A stretch of 64,000 nt of DNA from a virus, in the IMG/VR virus record IMGVR_UViG_3300028591_000123, positions 1 to 64,000 of that record; one strand, 5' to 3'. Positions 1 through 9,558 of this stretch are shown here, piece by piece. A program made the position numbers and the translations under genes. A model generated the notes under the pieces. That model was not told the origin of the DNA. It searched no databases and was given only the letters and a program-made list of their open reading frames with translations. Positions within the stretch are counted from its first letter, which is position 1; each line of letters starts with the position of its first letter.

Positions 1-1
1 G

Positions 2-208
2 GATTGGGAAACATACATAAATAATCTTGAAATAATGACAGAAGACGAATGCTACCTTGATGATGAAGAAAGGCTCATTCTCGACGCACCTGATGATCAG
101 GCTTACGATCAATGGAACTACAACAAATTCAAAGAAGAAGAGAGAAGAGCCCTGAATCTTCCTCTTCGGATAATCAAAGCACAAGGAGGTACTCTTGATG
201 ATTTTTAA
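2..208 (+). CDS. partial CDS (3' end), acidic hypothetical protein ending KAQGGTLDDF
   Basis: Hand translation: frame open from base 2 to TAA at 206-208; its tail contains the GGAGGT RBS of the next gene. Confidence 0.7.
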   Translation, partial: DWETYINNLEIMTEDECYLDDEERLILDAPDDQAYDQWNYNKFKEEERRALNLPLRIIKAQGGTLDDF

Positions 209-383
209 ATTCTTAGGACACCCAAAGAAACCAAAGGTCAGACTGGACAAGGATGAAAACCTGACTAATATGAGGATAGAAAAATATCAAGGATACATAT
301 TACTGCTAATCATAATACTGGCGGGAATTCTTTTCATTGATTTCTGCTTCACCCTTGTCCCGGCGGTGGAAATATGCTTGTGA
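198..383 (+). CDS. small membrane protein
   Basis: ATG 198 preceded by GGAGGT (185-190); one hydrophobic stretch YILLLIIILAGILFIDFCFTLV. Confidence 0.6.
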   Translation: MIFKFLGHPKKPKVRLDKDENLTNMRIEKYQGYILLLIIILAGILFIDFCFTLVPAVEICL

Positions 384-691
384 AACTAAACACAATAGAG
401 CTTCATAAGATGGTGATGTTCATAGCCGATATGGAATTCATAAGAGGCAGCGAACTGACAAATTCTCTCAATGAGAGAATAACCCATCTCTTGAATCTTT
501 ACAACAGATACGGAATACTGACAAACGAAGACATCGGCATCCTGAAGAAGCTTGACAAGACAGTTCTCTTGAAAACACTCCTGAAATTATCAGATGACTA
601 CTTGTCATACGTTATCAGATGCGCCAGGATCGGATATGTTGAGACTTGTCAGATAACATTGGAGGTGAATAATGTTGAAAGAAATACCTGA
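374..691 (+). CDS. hypothetical protein
   Basis: 105-aa ORF overlapping both neighbours in an operon-like run. Confidence 0.6.
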   Translation: MLVKLNTIELHKMVMFIADMEFIRGSELTNSLNERITHLLNLYNRYGILTNEDIGILKKLDKTVLLKTLLKLSDDYLSYVIRCARIGYVETCQITLEVNNVERNT

Positions 692-2492
692 CCTGCCTCA
701 AGGTTACTCTGATTACAGGCCACATCAGCTGGAAGGAATCACCGAGATCATAAATGCTTTGGAATCAGGATGCCGCAATATCATACTCAAGGCCGAAGTC
801 GGATCAGGAAAATCCCTCATAGCAACTCAGGTGGCAAGATACTTCAATTACGCACATCATTACACAACAATGATCACTACTGAGTCAAAGTATCTGCAGG
901 ACCAGTATGTTAAGGATTTCCCCTTTATCAGAACCGTGAAAGGCAGAAATACTTTTGAATGTTTTTCAGATATCTCACAACATTGTGACAAGGGGTCATG
1001 TGTATACATTGAAGGCTTCAGATGTCCGCATGGGGTCAGATATGATGATGGGAAACCAACCCTGATCGATAACGATGAACTTGACTGCTTGTATTGGAGT
1101 CAGAAAATAGAAGCTATGAATGCTCAAATATGTCTCCTGAATAATGCATATGCTCTTACAGACCATTCTTTTGTCAAGCATTTCAAGCCAAGGGATCTGT
1201 TGATTATAGATGAAGCTCATTCAATAGAGGAATCCATGATGGGATTCATGGAGGAAACTCTGTCCTTGCAACAAATAAATAAAGACATTGGTTTTTCCAT
1301 TCAAAAGCCGAATTCAACATCAATGCTTTATTTTGCGGAACAGATTGAAGACATATCAGCAGCATATAAAACAGAAGCGGACACACAAGACAATGATATG
1401 AAGAAGAAGAGATTCAAGGATAGGTCTAAATCATTGCGTGTTCTCTCAGAATGGTTGTATGAGGATCCGGATAATTTCATTAAAGTGATTGACAAGGATT
1501 CCATCATCTTCAAGCCAATCACAATTGACAGATTCGCAGAAGATCTGTTTCTATCACTTGGGGAACAGAGATTGTATATGTCAGGGAGCATACTGAAGGA
1601 AGATATCTTCCTTGAAAATCTTGGAATAACCGATGATTACAAGGTTATTGATATTCCTCCAATCATCCCGCCTCAGAATAGACCGATTTTTCTTGATTTT
1701 GTAGGGAGCATGAGCAAAAAAAATATCAAAGCCACACTACCTTTGATGGTTGAGAAAATTAGGTCAATAGCTTACTCCGATAAGCATAAGAATCAAAAGG
1801 GAGTAATACATACATATACATATCCGATCGCGAATATGTTGAAGAAGTATTTCAAGGATGATGATAGATTCATATTCCATAGCAGCCGTGATAGGAATAT
1901 GAAAATAAACGCCTTCAAACAAGATCCGGGAAATAAGATTCTTGTTTCTCCATACGCCTACACAGGAGTAAACTTCCCGTATGATGAGTGCCGTTTCGCA
2001 ATTGTAGTGAAGAATCCCTACCCGAATATTGGTGATGCTCAGATTCAAGCAAGAGAAAATCTTAGTCAGAATAAGTACAAAGGATTCTCATATATTTATC
2101 AAAAACGTTCAGCGGTTCTCAGTCAAATCTACGGCAGGGGAGTCAGAGCCGAGGATGATTATTGTGATTTGTATTTATTGGACAAGGATATAAACGGGCT
2201 CCTGGGGAAAACATCATTATTGACAACATATTTCTGGGAAGGATTGGTTGATAGTGATGCGAACAGGGAGATCAGGATAATCGACAGGACCAGATTATCT
2301 CCTGACAAGAGGAAATCATATGAATTTGAACGGCAAATAGAAACATCAATCCTGAATGCGATTGAAGATGAAGGCTTAAACACACTAACCAAATTAAGAG
2401 ATGCTTATAAAAAATTAAGAGGGCCATCATATACTTTGGTTCTTCCGGCATTTCAACGATTATTAAAAAACAAAGCGATTGAGTTGATATAA
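672..2492 (+). CDS. DinG/XPD (Rad3)-family SF2 helicase with probable Fe-S cluster
   Basis: Walker A GSGKS, DEAH box, Cys cluster (CFSDISQHCDKGSC...C...C), motif VI QIYGRGVRAEDDYC; RBS GGAGGTGA upstream. Confidence 0.9.
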   Translation: MLKEIPDLPQGYSDYRPHQLEGITEIINALESGCRNIILKAEVGSGKSLIATQVARYFNYAHHYTTMITTESKYLQDQYVKDFPFIRTVKGRNTFECFSDISQHCDKGSCVYIEGFRCPHGVRYDDGKPTLIDNDELDCLYWSQKIEAMNAQICLLNNAYALTDHSFVKHFKPRDLLIIDEAHSIEESMMGFMEETLSLQQINKDIGFSIQKPNSTSMLYFAEQIEDISAAYKTEADTQDNDMKKKRFKDRSKSLRVLSEWLYEDPDNFIKVIDKDSIIFKPITIDRFAEDLFLSLGEQRLYMSGSILKEDIFLENLGITDDYKVIDIPPIIPPQNRPIFLDFVGSMSKKNIKATLPLMVEKIRSIAYSDKHKNQKGVIHTYTYPIANMLKKYFKDDDRFIFHSSRDRNMKINAFKQDPGNKILVSPYAYTGVNFPYDECRFAIVVKNPYPNIGDAQIQARENLSQNKYKGFSYIYQKRSAVLSQIYGRGVRAEDDYCDLYLLDKDINGLLGKTSLLTTYFWEGLVDSDANREIRIIDRTRLSPDKRKSYEFERQIETSILNAIEDEGLNTLTKLRDAYKKLRGPSYTLVLPAFQRLLKNKAIELI

Positions 2493-2960
2493 ATGGATAA
2501 GTTATTACGAGCTAAGGTGAAAGTATTAATAAAATCATATTTATTGCAATACCCAAATGGGTTGTCAGCTTCTCAAATGGCGTCAATGATAAACCAACAT
2601 AGATGGGGTTTTTCAAAGGATATTGATTCAAAAATCATTCACTATGTAATCAGAACCTCAGGACGTGGTGATGATTTTTTGAATTGCTTGCAGCATAAAT
2701 TAGTAGCTGGTCGAAAAGTGTATTTCATTGAAGATGATAACTCTGTTAGAAGAGAGCCATTCCGTCCGGATATTTTTGATGATTATGGAGGTAGGAATTT
2801 CATTCTTGAAAAAATTCAGGAAGGGTATACTCAAAACAGATTAGCGATTGAAGTGGGATGCACACCCGCCGTGATTCATTATTATTGCAAAAAGAATGGA
2901 ATAAACTGGGGAGAAACTAAAAAGGAGCTTAAAAATGAAAAAATCAAAAATAACAATTAA
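2493..2960 (+). CDS. putative DNA-binding protein (C-terminal HTH)
   Basis: YTQNRLAIEVGCTPAVIHYYCKKNGI resembles an HTH; starts directly after the helicase stop (TAAATG). Confidence 0.55.
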   Translation: MDKLLRAKVKVLIKSYLLQYPNGLSASQMASMINQHRWGFSKDIDSKIIHYVIRTSGRGDDFLNCLQHKLVAGRKVYFIEDDNSVRREPFRPDIFDDYGGRNFILEKIQEGYTQNRLAIEVGCTPAVIHYYCKKNGINWGETKKELKNEKIKNNN

Positions 2961-3654
2961 TGATGCGTATCTTTTTTTTGTTAAAAAGATAATAGAAGAT
3001 GGGGTTTATACATATAAGGATGAGAATGATTGGATTATTGAAACGTTAGGTAATTTTGCATACATAAATGATCCATTAAATTTAAAATATTCTGCCAAGT
3101 ATAAAAATTATACATCAGAAATGTTATTAAACGATATCCAAAACGAAACCTTTGACATTCAGGGAAATCCTATTAAGTCAAAAGCATTATATGAATATGT
3201 TAAAAGTTTTGATGACTCATCAAAACATGGTTTTGTATACACATATCCAAACAGGATACTGGATCATTTCCATGTCAATCAATTCAATATCATGAAAGAC
3301 AGGCTGATTAAACATATTAACTCCAATAGGGCGGTCGCGGTTACATATGATCCGATCCTGGATGGAGTTAATAAAGACATTCCATGTCTGCAGGTACTGC
3401 AAATTGTAATACGGGATAATAAATTAACATTACATTGTTTCTTTAGATCCAATGATATGTATTTCGCTTTTTATTCCAATATGTATTTCCTAACATATAT
3501 CGCATTGAAAATGACAGAAGAACTAAATCGCGAGATTGTGAATGCGGATATAATATTCGCTGGTATATATTATCACTCAAGCAGCTCTCATATTCATGCT
3601 GGAGATGTTCGGGGGGCAAAAAAAATGATTAAGGAGGTTAATAATGCAAAATAA
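2935..3654 (+). CDS. thyA: thymidylate synthase, archaeal-type ThyA family
   Basis: Catalytic PCLQ, RSND motif, downstream Asn (FYSNM) typical of dUMP specificity, and SSHIH motif. Confidence 0.85.
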   Translation: MKKSKITINDAYLFFVKKIIEDGVYTYKDENDWIIETLGNFAYINDPLNLKYSAKYKNYTSEMLLNDIQNETFDIQGNPIKSKALYEYVKSFDDSSKHGFVYTYPNRILDHFHVNQFNIMKDRLIKHINSNRAVAVTYDPILDGVNKDIPCLQVLQIVIRDNKLTLHCFFRSNDMYFAFYSNMYFLTYIALKMTEELNREIVNADIIFAGIYYHSSSSHIHAGDVRGAKKMIKEVNNAK

Positions 3655-3958
3655 TGTAGAAGTTTCACAGAAACTTAAAAAGGCTTTCAAAGTTTATGTT
3701 GCGAAAAAGGATGTCAAGATTAAAGATGTTGTATCTCAGGAATTAGAAGAGATGCTTGAAAATAACATCAGGATCATTCAGACAAAAAAATCTGATGACT
3801 ATACTCAAATGAATATTGTTACTGATGATGACTTATCGGATAGAGTGAGGGACCTGGCTGAATATAGAGAATGTTGCATCAGGGATGTGTTCGCAACCGC
3901 GATGATTCGATTGTTAATCAAGGACGATATGACATTGGATATTGAAGAGTTGTTGTAA
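3644..3958 (+). CDS. putative tandem ribbon-helix-helix transcription regulator
   Basis: Two RHH-like segments: VEVSQKLKKAFKVYVAKKDVKIKDVV and MNIVTDDDLSDRVRDLAEYRECCIRDVF. Confidence 0.45.
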   Translation: MQNNVEVSQKLKKAFKVYVAKKDVKIKDVVSQELEEMLENNIRIIQTKKSDDYTQMNIVTDDDLSDRVRDLAEYRECCIRDVFATAMIRLLIKDDMTLDIEELL

Positions 3959-4123
3959 ATGGAAGAAAACATAGTTGACTTGTTGATTGCGAATAAATGT
4001 TATTGTCAAAAGAAAAATAAAGTGATATCATTGGAAGAATGTGATATTGATTGTCACAGGGAACAGTCATGCAGAAAAAAACATAATAGAGAATATGAGA
4101 GGTTTTTAAATGAAAGAAAATAA
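3959..4123 (+). CDS. small Cys-rich protein (54 aa, not in ORF track)
   Basis: Hand translation MEENIVDLLIANKCYCQKKNKVISLEECDIDCHREQSCRKKHNREYERFLNERK; TAAATG-coupled to the previous gene and fills the gap. Confidence 0.6.
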   Translation: MEENIVDLLIANKCYCQKKNKVISLEECDIDCHREQSCRKKHNREYERFLNERK

Positions 4124-4625
4124 TGAGGTAATTGTATCAGAGGAAACAACAAAAAAGAAAGTATTTCAAATTTTTAAAAAAATTCAGAAGAAAGTTCCTG
4201 GACTTCATAATATTAGGATTACTGCATCTCAAATCAGTTTTCTTATCAAGCATCAGGATAATCAATTATACATTGAAGATGTTGAACGGCTGAGGAAGAT
4301 TTCACCTATTGATTATATTAATTTTTATGAAGGAGATTACGTGATTACAGTTGTCGATCCAGATGAAAGAGATATATATAAAGACAATGAAGATATGCTG
4401 TTTTTACGATATATTATGCATCAGATTAGTGAAGTAATCTGTTCCTGTGTTGGCAATGAATTTGTCATAACTGAAAATCTAATCACCTGTTTTATTGACT
4501 CATCTGAATTCAGCAATGAGCAATTCACAGGATTGGATAATATTTTTGGAGATCTGGGCCTAATGTATTTCGTTGGAAGACCAAATATCGTCTATTATAA
4601 TTACGATGGTGATGTCAGTGAATGA
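4110..4625 (+). CDS. hypothetical protein
   Basis: 171-aa ORF with GAGAGG upstream. Confidence 0.65.
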   Translation: MKENNEVIVSEETTKKKVFQIFKKIQKKVPGLHNIRITASQISFLIKHQDNQLYIEDVERLRKISPIDYINFYEGDYVITVVDPDERDIYKDNEDMLFLRYIMHQISEVICSCVGNEFVITENLITCFIDSSEFSNEQFTGLDNIFGDLGLMYFVGRPNIVYYNYDGDVSE

Positions 4626-5172
4626 TAAGGTTTGTGAATTTTGCATCTATTCTAAGAATAATAAGAAATGCAAACAAAAGAAGTTGAATCAAAAGGGAGA
4701 GTGTGAGTCATTTGTTTTTGTATTCGCATCTCCGCTTCCGTATTCAGTCATCAATGAATTATCTCAATTGGATTCCTTTTATGATGATGTTTCTAATCTT
4801 GTTGGAATGGTTTTTTCTGCTGCGATTGAAAAGACTTTCCTTTATGTTAAGTGTTCTCTCCTTGAAAGAACTATTGAGATTATAAATGTTTTTGAAGGGA
4901 AACAGAGCTATGGGGTTATTCCTGTTTCTTATTTTGTTTTTGGAGATGGGTCTCTTCAGTTTTCGGTTGATAAGGATTCTTTGAGGATGTTGAAAGCAAT
5001 TTTTGAAGATACAACAAGATTTGTTGTTGAATTTACTGATATTGTTGGTGAGGAAGATACTTTTTATATGGGTGAAGGTTTGGTTATTAATAATAGATTA
5101 TTTAGAAATTCTGATGTTCTTTTTTATTATAAGAAAGAGAAGAAAATATCTCCTGATTATCTTTCAATATAG
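4573..5172 (+). CDS. hypothetical protein with N-terminal CxxC motif (true start probably ~30-40 nt downstream)
   Basis: ORF track; VCEFC...C...C near the N-terminus. Confidence 0.6.
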   Translation: MEDQISSIIITMVMSVNDKVCEFCIYSKNNKKCKQKKLNQKGECESFVFVFASPLPYSVINELSQLDSFYDDVSNLVGMVFSAAIEKTFLYVKCSLLERTIEIINVFEGKQSYGVIPVSYFVFGDGSLQFSVDKDSLRMLKAIFEDTTRFVVEFTDIVGEEDTFYMGEGLVINNRLFRNSDVLFYYKKEKKISPDYLSI

Positions 5173-5190
5173 AAAGTTTTATATATAAGA
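5172..5190 (+). promoter_or_regulatory. archaeal promoter (BRE + TATA box)
   Basis: GAAAGTTTTATATATAAG matches the methanogen-type purine-rich BRE + TTTATATA box in a true intergenic gap. Confidence 0.65.
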
Positions 5191-5209
5191 ATAAATATAC
5201 TATAATTAC

Positions 5210-5225
5210 ACCTATCTTAATAGGT
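5210..5225. promoter_or_regulatory. inverted repeat ACCTAT-N4-ATAGGT, candidate operator
   Basis: Exact 6-bp arms about 25-30 nt downstream of the TATA box, near the expected start site. Confidence 0.35.
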
Positions 5226-5247
5226 AAAAAAAAAGAGGATGTTATAA

Positions 5248-5481
5248 ATGAATTATGCGGAAAAAGATAAAAAAGAATATTTTGAAAATACCAAGAATTG
5301 TTTCTTACTTATTGGTGTAAGAAATAATAGACAAAACATTGTTGGAGTTTGTCTAACAGAAGAAGATTGCGAAGCTCTCATAGAAGAACTCGCTGACTCT
5401 GGAAAGATATTTGATTATACAATTCAACATAAAATTCCTTTCTATCAAAATGTCTTAGCTTCCAGTTATGCCTGGAGATGA
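5248..5481 (+). CDS. hypothetical protein
   Basis: 77-aa ORF after promoter and GAGGA RBS. Confidence 0.6.
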   Translation: MNYAEKDKKEYFENTKNCFLLIGVRNNRQNIVGVCLTEEDCEALIEELADSGKIFDYTIQHKIPFYQNVLASSYAWR

Positions 5482-6610
5482 TAATCTTATGAAGATTTGT
5501 GTATTTACAGACCAACACCTTGGATATAGACAATATTCACAAGAAGAGAGAGAACAGGATTTTTATGATGTATTTAATCAAGTTGTCCGAGCAATGGTCA
5601 AGGAGCAGCCTGATCTTATCATTAATGCCGGAGATATTTTTCATACAAAAAATCCATCTCCAAGGGCGATCAATCAATTCCAACAAGGATTGGACTTGAT
5701 TGACGTACCTGTTTTATCAATTATTGGAAACCACACAACCGCAAAGATCAGAAATTTTTTCCCTTCCGATAAGTTGTTTGATCTGTATTTTTTAGAAGAC
5801 AACCCATTTATATCACAAGATTTATTTATTGCGGGAGTTAATTACAGACCAATTCTCGAATTTAATGATTTGATTAACAAGATTAATGATCTGGCCGTTC
5901 AAGCTCAGGATTATAAAAAAAGAATTCTTGTTCTACACCAAGGCTTGGAAGATGATTTTCCATTTGGATTTGAAATTCCAAGAGGTGCGATAGATTATTC
6001 AAAATGGGATATTGTGATTGTCGGACATATTCATAATAGAATGTATAGAGTTGATCCATCAGGATGTCAAATATTATATCCTGGGAGTACAGCTCGTTCT
6101 TCAATCGCAGAAGCTCAGGATGAAGTTAAAAATGGGAAAGGATATTCCATAATTGATACGGATACAATGAAGATACATAATGTTTCTCTTCCAATGCCTC
6201 GGCGTTTCGTTTTCATAGAAGCGGATCAGGAAGACTTGGAAGATGAGATTCTTAAAATTAAAGATTCGTTGGATGGTGATTTGCTTTTCATTACAATGGC
6301 TGGAGAGAATTCTAATTATGGATTTGATCTCATTGATCAGTATAATTTGAAAGGTAAGTGTTTGAGAGTTGATTATAATTTTATTGATATTAATCCAATT
6401 ACAATACAGGAAGAGGTGATACAAACAGATGATGATGGTAATGCGATTATTCCATCAGCTGGTGAGATTTTATTTGAGACTGTTAAGGAAAAATATGATG
6501 AGGATACCGCCAATTATGCGGTAAGTTTGATGAATATATTTCAAGATGGAACACAGGAGGCTTTTGAAGAAGCGAAACTCTTGTCAGAAAAATTTATTGA
6601 AAATCAATAG
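5468..6610 (+). CDS. mre11: Mre11/SbcD-like metallophosphoesterase nuclease (likely start ATG 5489)
   Basis: Motifs TDQHLG, AGDIF, IGNH, VLHQ, VGHIH and YPGS. Confidence 0.88.
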   Translation: MPGDDNLMKICVFTDQHLGYRQYSQEEREQDFYDVFNQVVRAMVKEQPDLIINAGDIFHTKNPSPRAINQFQQGLDLIDVPVLSIIGNHTTAKIRNFFPSDKLFDLYFLEDNPFISQDLFIAGVNYRPILEFNDLINKINDLAVQAQDYKKRILVLHQGLEDDFPFGFEIPRGAIDYSKWDIVIVGHIHNRMYRVDPSGCQILYPGSTARSSIAEAQDEVKNGKGYSIIDTDTMKIHNVSLPMPRRFVFIEADQEDLEDEILKIKDSLDGDLLFITMAGENSNYGFDLIDQYNLKGKCLRVDYNFIDINPITIQEEVIQTDDDGNAIIPSAGEILFETVKEKYDEDTANYAVSLMNIFQDGTQEAFEEAKLLSEKFIENQ

Positions 6611-6645
6611 TTTTATATATTATGAAATCTAATATAAAATTGTAA
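6611..6645 (+). promoter_or_regulatory. TATA-containing promoter, conserved 35-nt class (copy 1)
   Basis: TTTTATATATTATGAAATCTAATATAAAATTGTAA; 29/35 identical by hand to 17561-17595. Confidence 0.6.
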
Positions 6646-6695
6646 CATAAGTTAATTCTTGTGTATTAAACCGTAAAATTTTAAGAAAATGTTAG

Positions 6696-7295
6696 GTGAT
6701 TAGCATGGTAGAAGAATTAATAAACCCAAATGTTAAAGGCAAACAAAGTGTAATGAATATTGATGTTGAAAGTCTTGGCGAAGCAGCTGACCAAAATATT
6801 ATGGCTTCCTCTTCCGATCAGGAGAAGGTCATTTTGGAAGAACCGGTTAGAGGCAGAGTCATTGGAATGGAATTGATTTTAAATAATCAATTGAGAGTTA
6901 ATGATAGTGATATTAACAAAAAATATTACCCTGTAAGATTAATGGTCTCAACCGAGTTTGAAGATCCTAAAACAGGTGACAAGGTTATATCCAGGGATGG
7001 ATTTGGTGGATTAAGATTTTATCCAGCATTTGATGAGTCAGGAAATGTTAAACTAAAAGAAAATGGTGAACCAGTCCTTGATCATTTCTGGTTTAATTCA
7101 TCCAGTTCCAAACAAGCATCAGGATTTTCCATATTATTTGGCAGAGCTCAAGACTTTGATTCAACCATATTATCTGCAAGCAAATTGTTTAAATTTTTAA
7201 ACTCAAACCCTAATTGTATGCTTTTAACTGAATACACAGCATTTCAGGGAGAGGATTTAAAACCAAAACAAGTCATCCAATCTTTTGTGGAATAG
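6696..7295 (+). CDS. hypothetical protein
   Basis: 199-aa ORF with AGGTGAT RBS-like sequence at the start. Confidence 0.7.
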   Translation: MISMVEELINPNVKGKQSVMNIDVESLGEAADQNIMASSSDQEKVILEEPVRGRVIGMELILNNQLRVNDSDINKKYYPVRLMVSTEFEDPKTGDKVISRDGFGGLRFYPAFDESGNVKLKENGEPVLDHFWFNSSSSKQASGFSILFGRAQDFDSTILSASKLFKFLNSNPNCMLLTEYTAFQGEDLKPKQVIQSFVE

Positions 7296-7297
7296 AT

Positions 7298-7420
7298 ATA
7301 ATCTATGGGATTATATCAAACGGAAAAATAATTTATAAAAGTGACAATTTAGATGAGGTTTATGATTATTATAAGACTCTTAATCCTCATAATACTTTTA
7401 TATGTGAGATAGAAGTGTGA
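7298..7420 (+). CDS. possible 40-aa protein lacking a canonical start codon
   Basis: IIYGIISNGKIIYKSDNLDEVYDYYKTLNPHNTFICEIEV fills the gap; its TGA overlaps the next GTG (GTGA coupling). Confidence 0.35.
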   Translation: MIYGIISNGKIIYKSDNLDEVYDYYKTLNPHNTFICEIEV

Positions 7421-7977
7421 TTATGAATTTTATAATAAGTTCTTCAGATGTTCGTGAGGAGGAGATATGGAGGGAAAGTGTTTCTTCCGTATTTCCTCCT
7501 TTTTTTTTAAAAGAAGTTGATATAAATGGAGACGACAGAATCGATATCATTTTTGGAGACGTTATTAAAGGAATACAATCAAGTAAATCCGGAGACGCAG
7601 AAACAAGAGATAGAATTTTTCAAATCAAAGAACTTTTACGAGGTGGATGTACACTTGCTTTACTGCAAATCAACAAAGATGTATTATATGAAGAATCAGA
7701 CAAGATTCGGAAGGAACTTCTTAGGTTATTCTCCAAGGATGATTATTGGTTTGAAATTCGGAGCTGTTGCTTACAAGCATTCGGAGTGAATACAACAGCT
7801 TTTAGACATTTTATCATAATTTATAAAAAAAGCCTGACTCATCAGGTAATTTTTACGTCTCCACGGGGATTAACATTTCAGGTTAATCAGGAACGAGATA
7901 CCAATAATAATGTCAATATAAATAAATCATTATTGGTTTTTTTGTTAAATCATATTAAGGAAAAGATATTATGCTAA
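7417..7977 (+). CDS. hypothetical protein
   Basis: 186-aa ORF. Confidence 0.65.
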   Translation: MIMNFIISSSDVREEEIWRESVSSVFPPFFLKEVDINGDDRIDIIFGDVIKGIQSSKSGDAETRDRIFQIKELLRGGCTLALLQINKDVLYEESDKIRKELLRLFSKDDYWFEIRSCCLQAFGVNTTAFRHFIIIYKKSLTHQVIFTSPRGLTFQVNQERDTNNNVNINKSLLVFLLNHIKEKILC

Positions 7978-9086
7978 GTGATGCTATTAGTGAATTTTTA
8001 GGCTTGTATTTACAAAGCACTTCAGATTATTTTGTTGAAGTCGTAGGTATCAAAGCATTTGATAATTGTGATCACAATGAAGTTAAATTATATTTGCAAC
8101 AATTCAGTCCGCATTATAAGCAGCTTTTAAAAGATCTGGCTTACAATATAATAGAAGAAAACGGAGCAAGTGTATTTGTCAATATCGATCAAAATATTGA
8201 TGACTTTTTATCACAGTATGTGAATGATGATGTGAGTTTTACTTCATATTTGGCGGATTTTGATTTTGATTATAAAAAAAGACTTCGAGATAACTTAATT
8301 AATCCAATTTTAGATGCCAAAATACTTAATGAGATTGAATTTATAGCCCAGGATAATCTTGTTACAGAATGTATTAATAATACATTAGTTACAGGAATAG
8401 ATGGTTTTGATTTTAAAAATTGTTTGAATCAATTCAGTTCTGATTATAGAAACATATTAAAAGAATTAGCGCTTCATATTGTCAATCAAATATCCGATGA
8501 TGTTGATGAGTATATTGAAGATTTTCTCGAAAAAGATCAAATCAGCGTATCTTTGAGAGAATTAACATTAAAAAGCGCTTTGGAATATGATGTGGACGCG
8601 AAATCAGTTAGTGATGATGATTCTTCAATTTTTTATTCAGCAACCATGGATGCAAGCATTCAGGATATAGTTATTAATTCAAATACTCTTGAAGATACTT
8701 TTTTAGGCTTGATTGATGATACGGATGAGATTCTTATCAAGGATGGCGATCAAATTGCGCTTGATATTAAATTATCAAATGCGTTAGGTCATGGGCTTTC
8801 TAATAAGGTTATTTATTTGTATTTAAGAGATGCCAAAGGTGATTATGTTTGGAAGGATGAAAATGGAAATGCAATTAAAGCGGCTTTGATTACAGATGAT
8901 AAGGGAGTGGCTCATTTCTTATATGATTCTTTACCAACTGAGGCGGATAAACAAAAAGATGCTGAAGATTTAATCGATTATTTATTAAGAAAATGTTACT
9001 TGTACCATCTTTGTATTGAATATCCAGGTTTATTGAATGAATATAATTCAACACAAATGGAATGCAAGATTTATATAGAATACTAA
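7971..9086 (+). CDS. hypothetical protein with internal duplication and C-terminal Ig-like segment
   Basis: LQQFSPHYKQLLKDLAYNII vs LNQFSSDYRNILKELALHIV; C-terminal IKLSNALGHGLSNKVIYL...TDDKGVAHF resembles Big_1-type domains. Confidence 0.6.
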   Translation: MLSDAISEFLGLYLQSTSDYFVEVVGIKAFDNCDHNEVKLYLQQFSPHYKQLLKDLAYNIIEENGASVFVNIDQNIDDFLSQYVNDDVSFTSYLADFDFDYKKRLRDNLINPILDAKILNEIEFIAQDNLVTECINNTLVTGIDGFDFKNCLNQFSSDYRNILKELALHIVNQISDDVDEYIEDFLEKDQISVSLRELTLKSALEYDVDAKSVSDDDSSIFYSATMDASIQDIVINSNTLEDTFLGLIDDTDEILIKDGDQIALDIKLSNALGHGLSNKVIYLYLRDAKGDYVWKDENGNAIKAALITDDKGVAHFLYDSLPTEADKQKDAEDLIDYLLRKCYLYHLCIEYPGLLNEYNSTQMECKIYIEY

Positions 9087-9461
9087 GTGATTGAAATGTT
9101 GTATGGACAATATAAAAATGTTTTAAAACAAGACGCATATAGAATAGAATCTCCAACCACAGATTTATCTTATATTATTTACACAATCCCAGACAAAAAT
9201 TTGGACGGGATATCATGTGGGAATATAGCGGATAAGGTTTTTGAAAACATCGCCACGGAATTGGGTAAATATAAAAACAGCAATATTGGTGTTGTTGTGG
9301 TTGATTTTGGGGGGGTCACTCATATTGGTACAGCGTTTTTACGGAAATATATCAAATATTGTTTAACTGTCAAACCAAAAATTTTAAACATTAATATGTC
9401 AGCAAATGTTGAATTAATATATTCTCAATGTATTCAGGAATATATTAATGCTATTAATTAA
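9087..9461 (+). CDS. STAS-like (DUF4325-like) domain protein
   Basis: VVVVDFGGVTHIGTAFLRKY resembles the STAS signature VxxDxSGVxFIDS. Confidence 0.55.
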   Translation: MIEMLYGQYKNVLKQDAYRIESPTTDLSYIIYTIPDKNLDGISCGNIADKVFENIATELGKYKNSNIGVVVVDFGGVTHIGTAFLRKYIKYCLTVKPKILNINMSANVELIYSQCIQEYINAIN

Positions 9462-9474
9462 TCTTTATTAAAAC

Positions 9475-9558
9475 AATAACTTAATTTATATATGAGCAAA
9501 TGTTTAAACACCTCATATATGTAAGTTATTAAATATTAAATGTAAAGTAACATTTGCT
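9475..9558. repeat. nested inverted repeats in an intergenic region (hairpin-forming, contains TATA box)
   Basis: AATAACTTA-attt-ATATATGAG (9475-9496) pairs with CTCATATAT-g-TAAGTTATT (9512-9530); AGCAAATGTT (9495-9504) pairs with AACATTTGCT (9549-9558). Confidence 0.7.

Noticed and set aside
170-208. PCNA-interacting (PIP) box in KAQGGTLDDF
   Set aside because: Spacing deviates from Qxx(L/I/M)xxF(F/Y) and the protein is only partly visible.
2935-3654. dCMP hydroxymethylase or DNA hypermodification enzyme
   Set aside because: The specificity residue is Asn as in ThyA, and no glycosyltransferase or kinase partners are seen.
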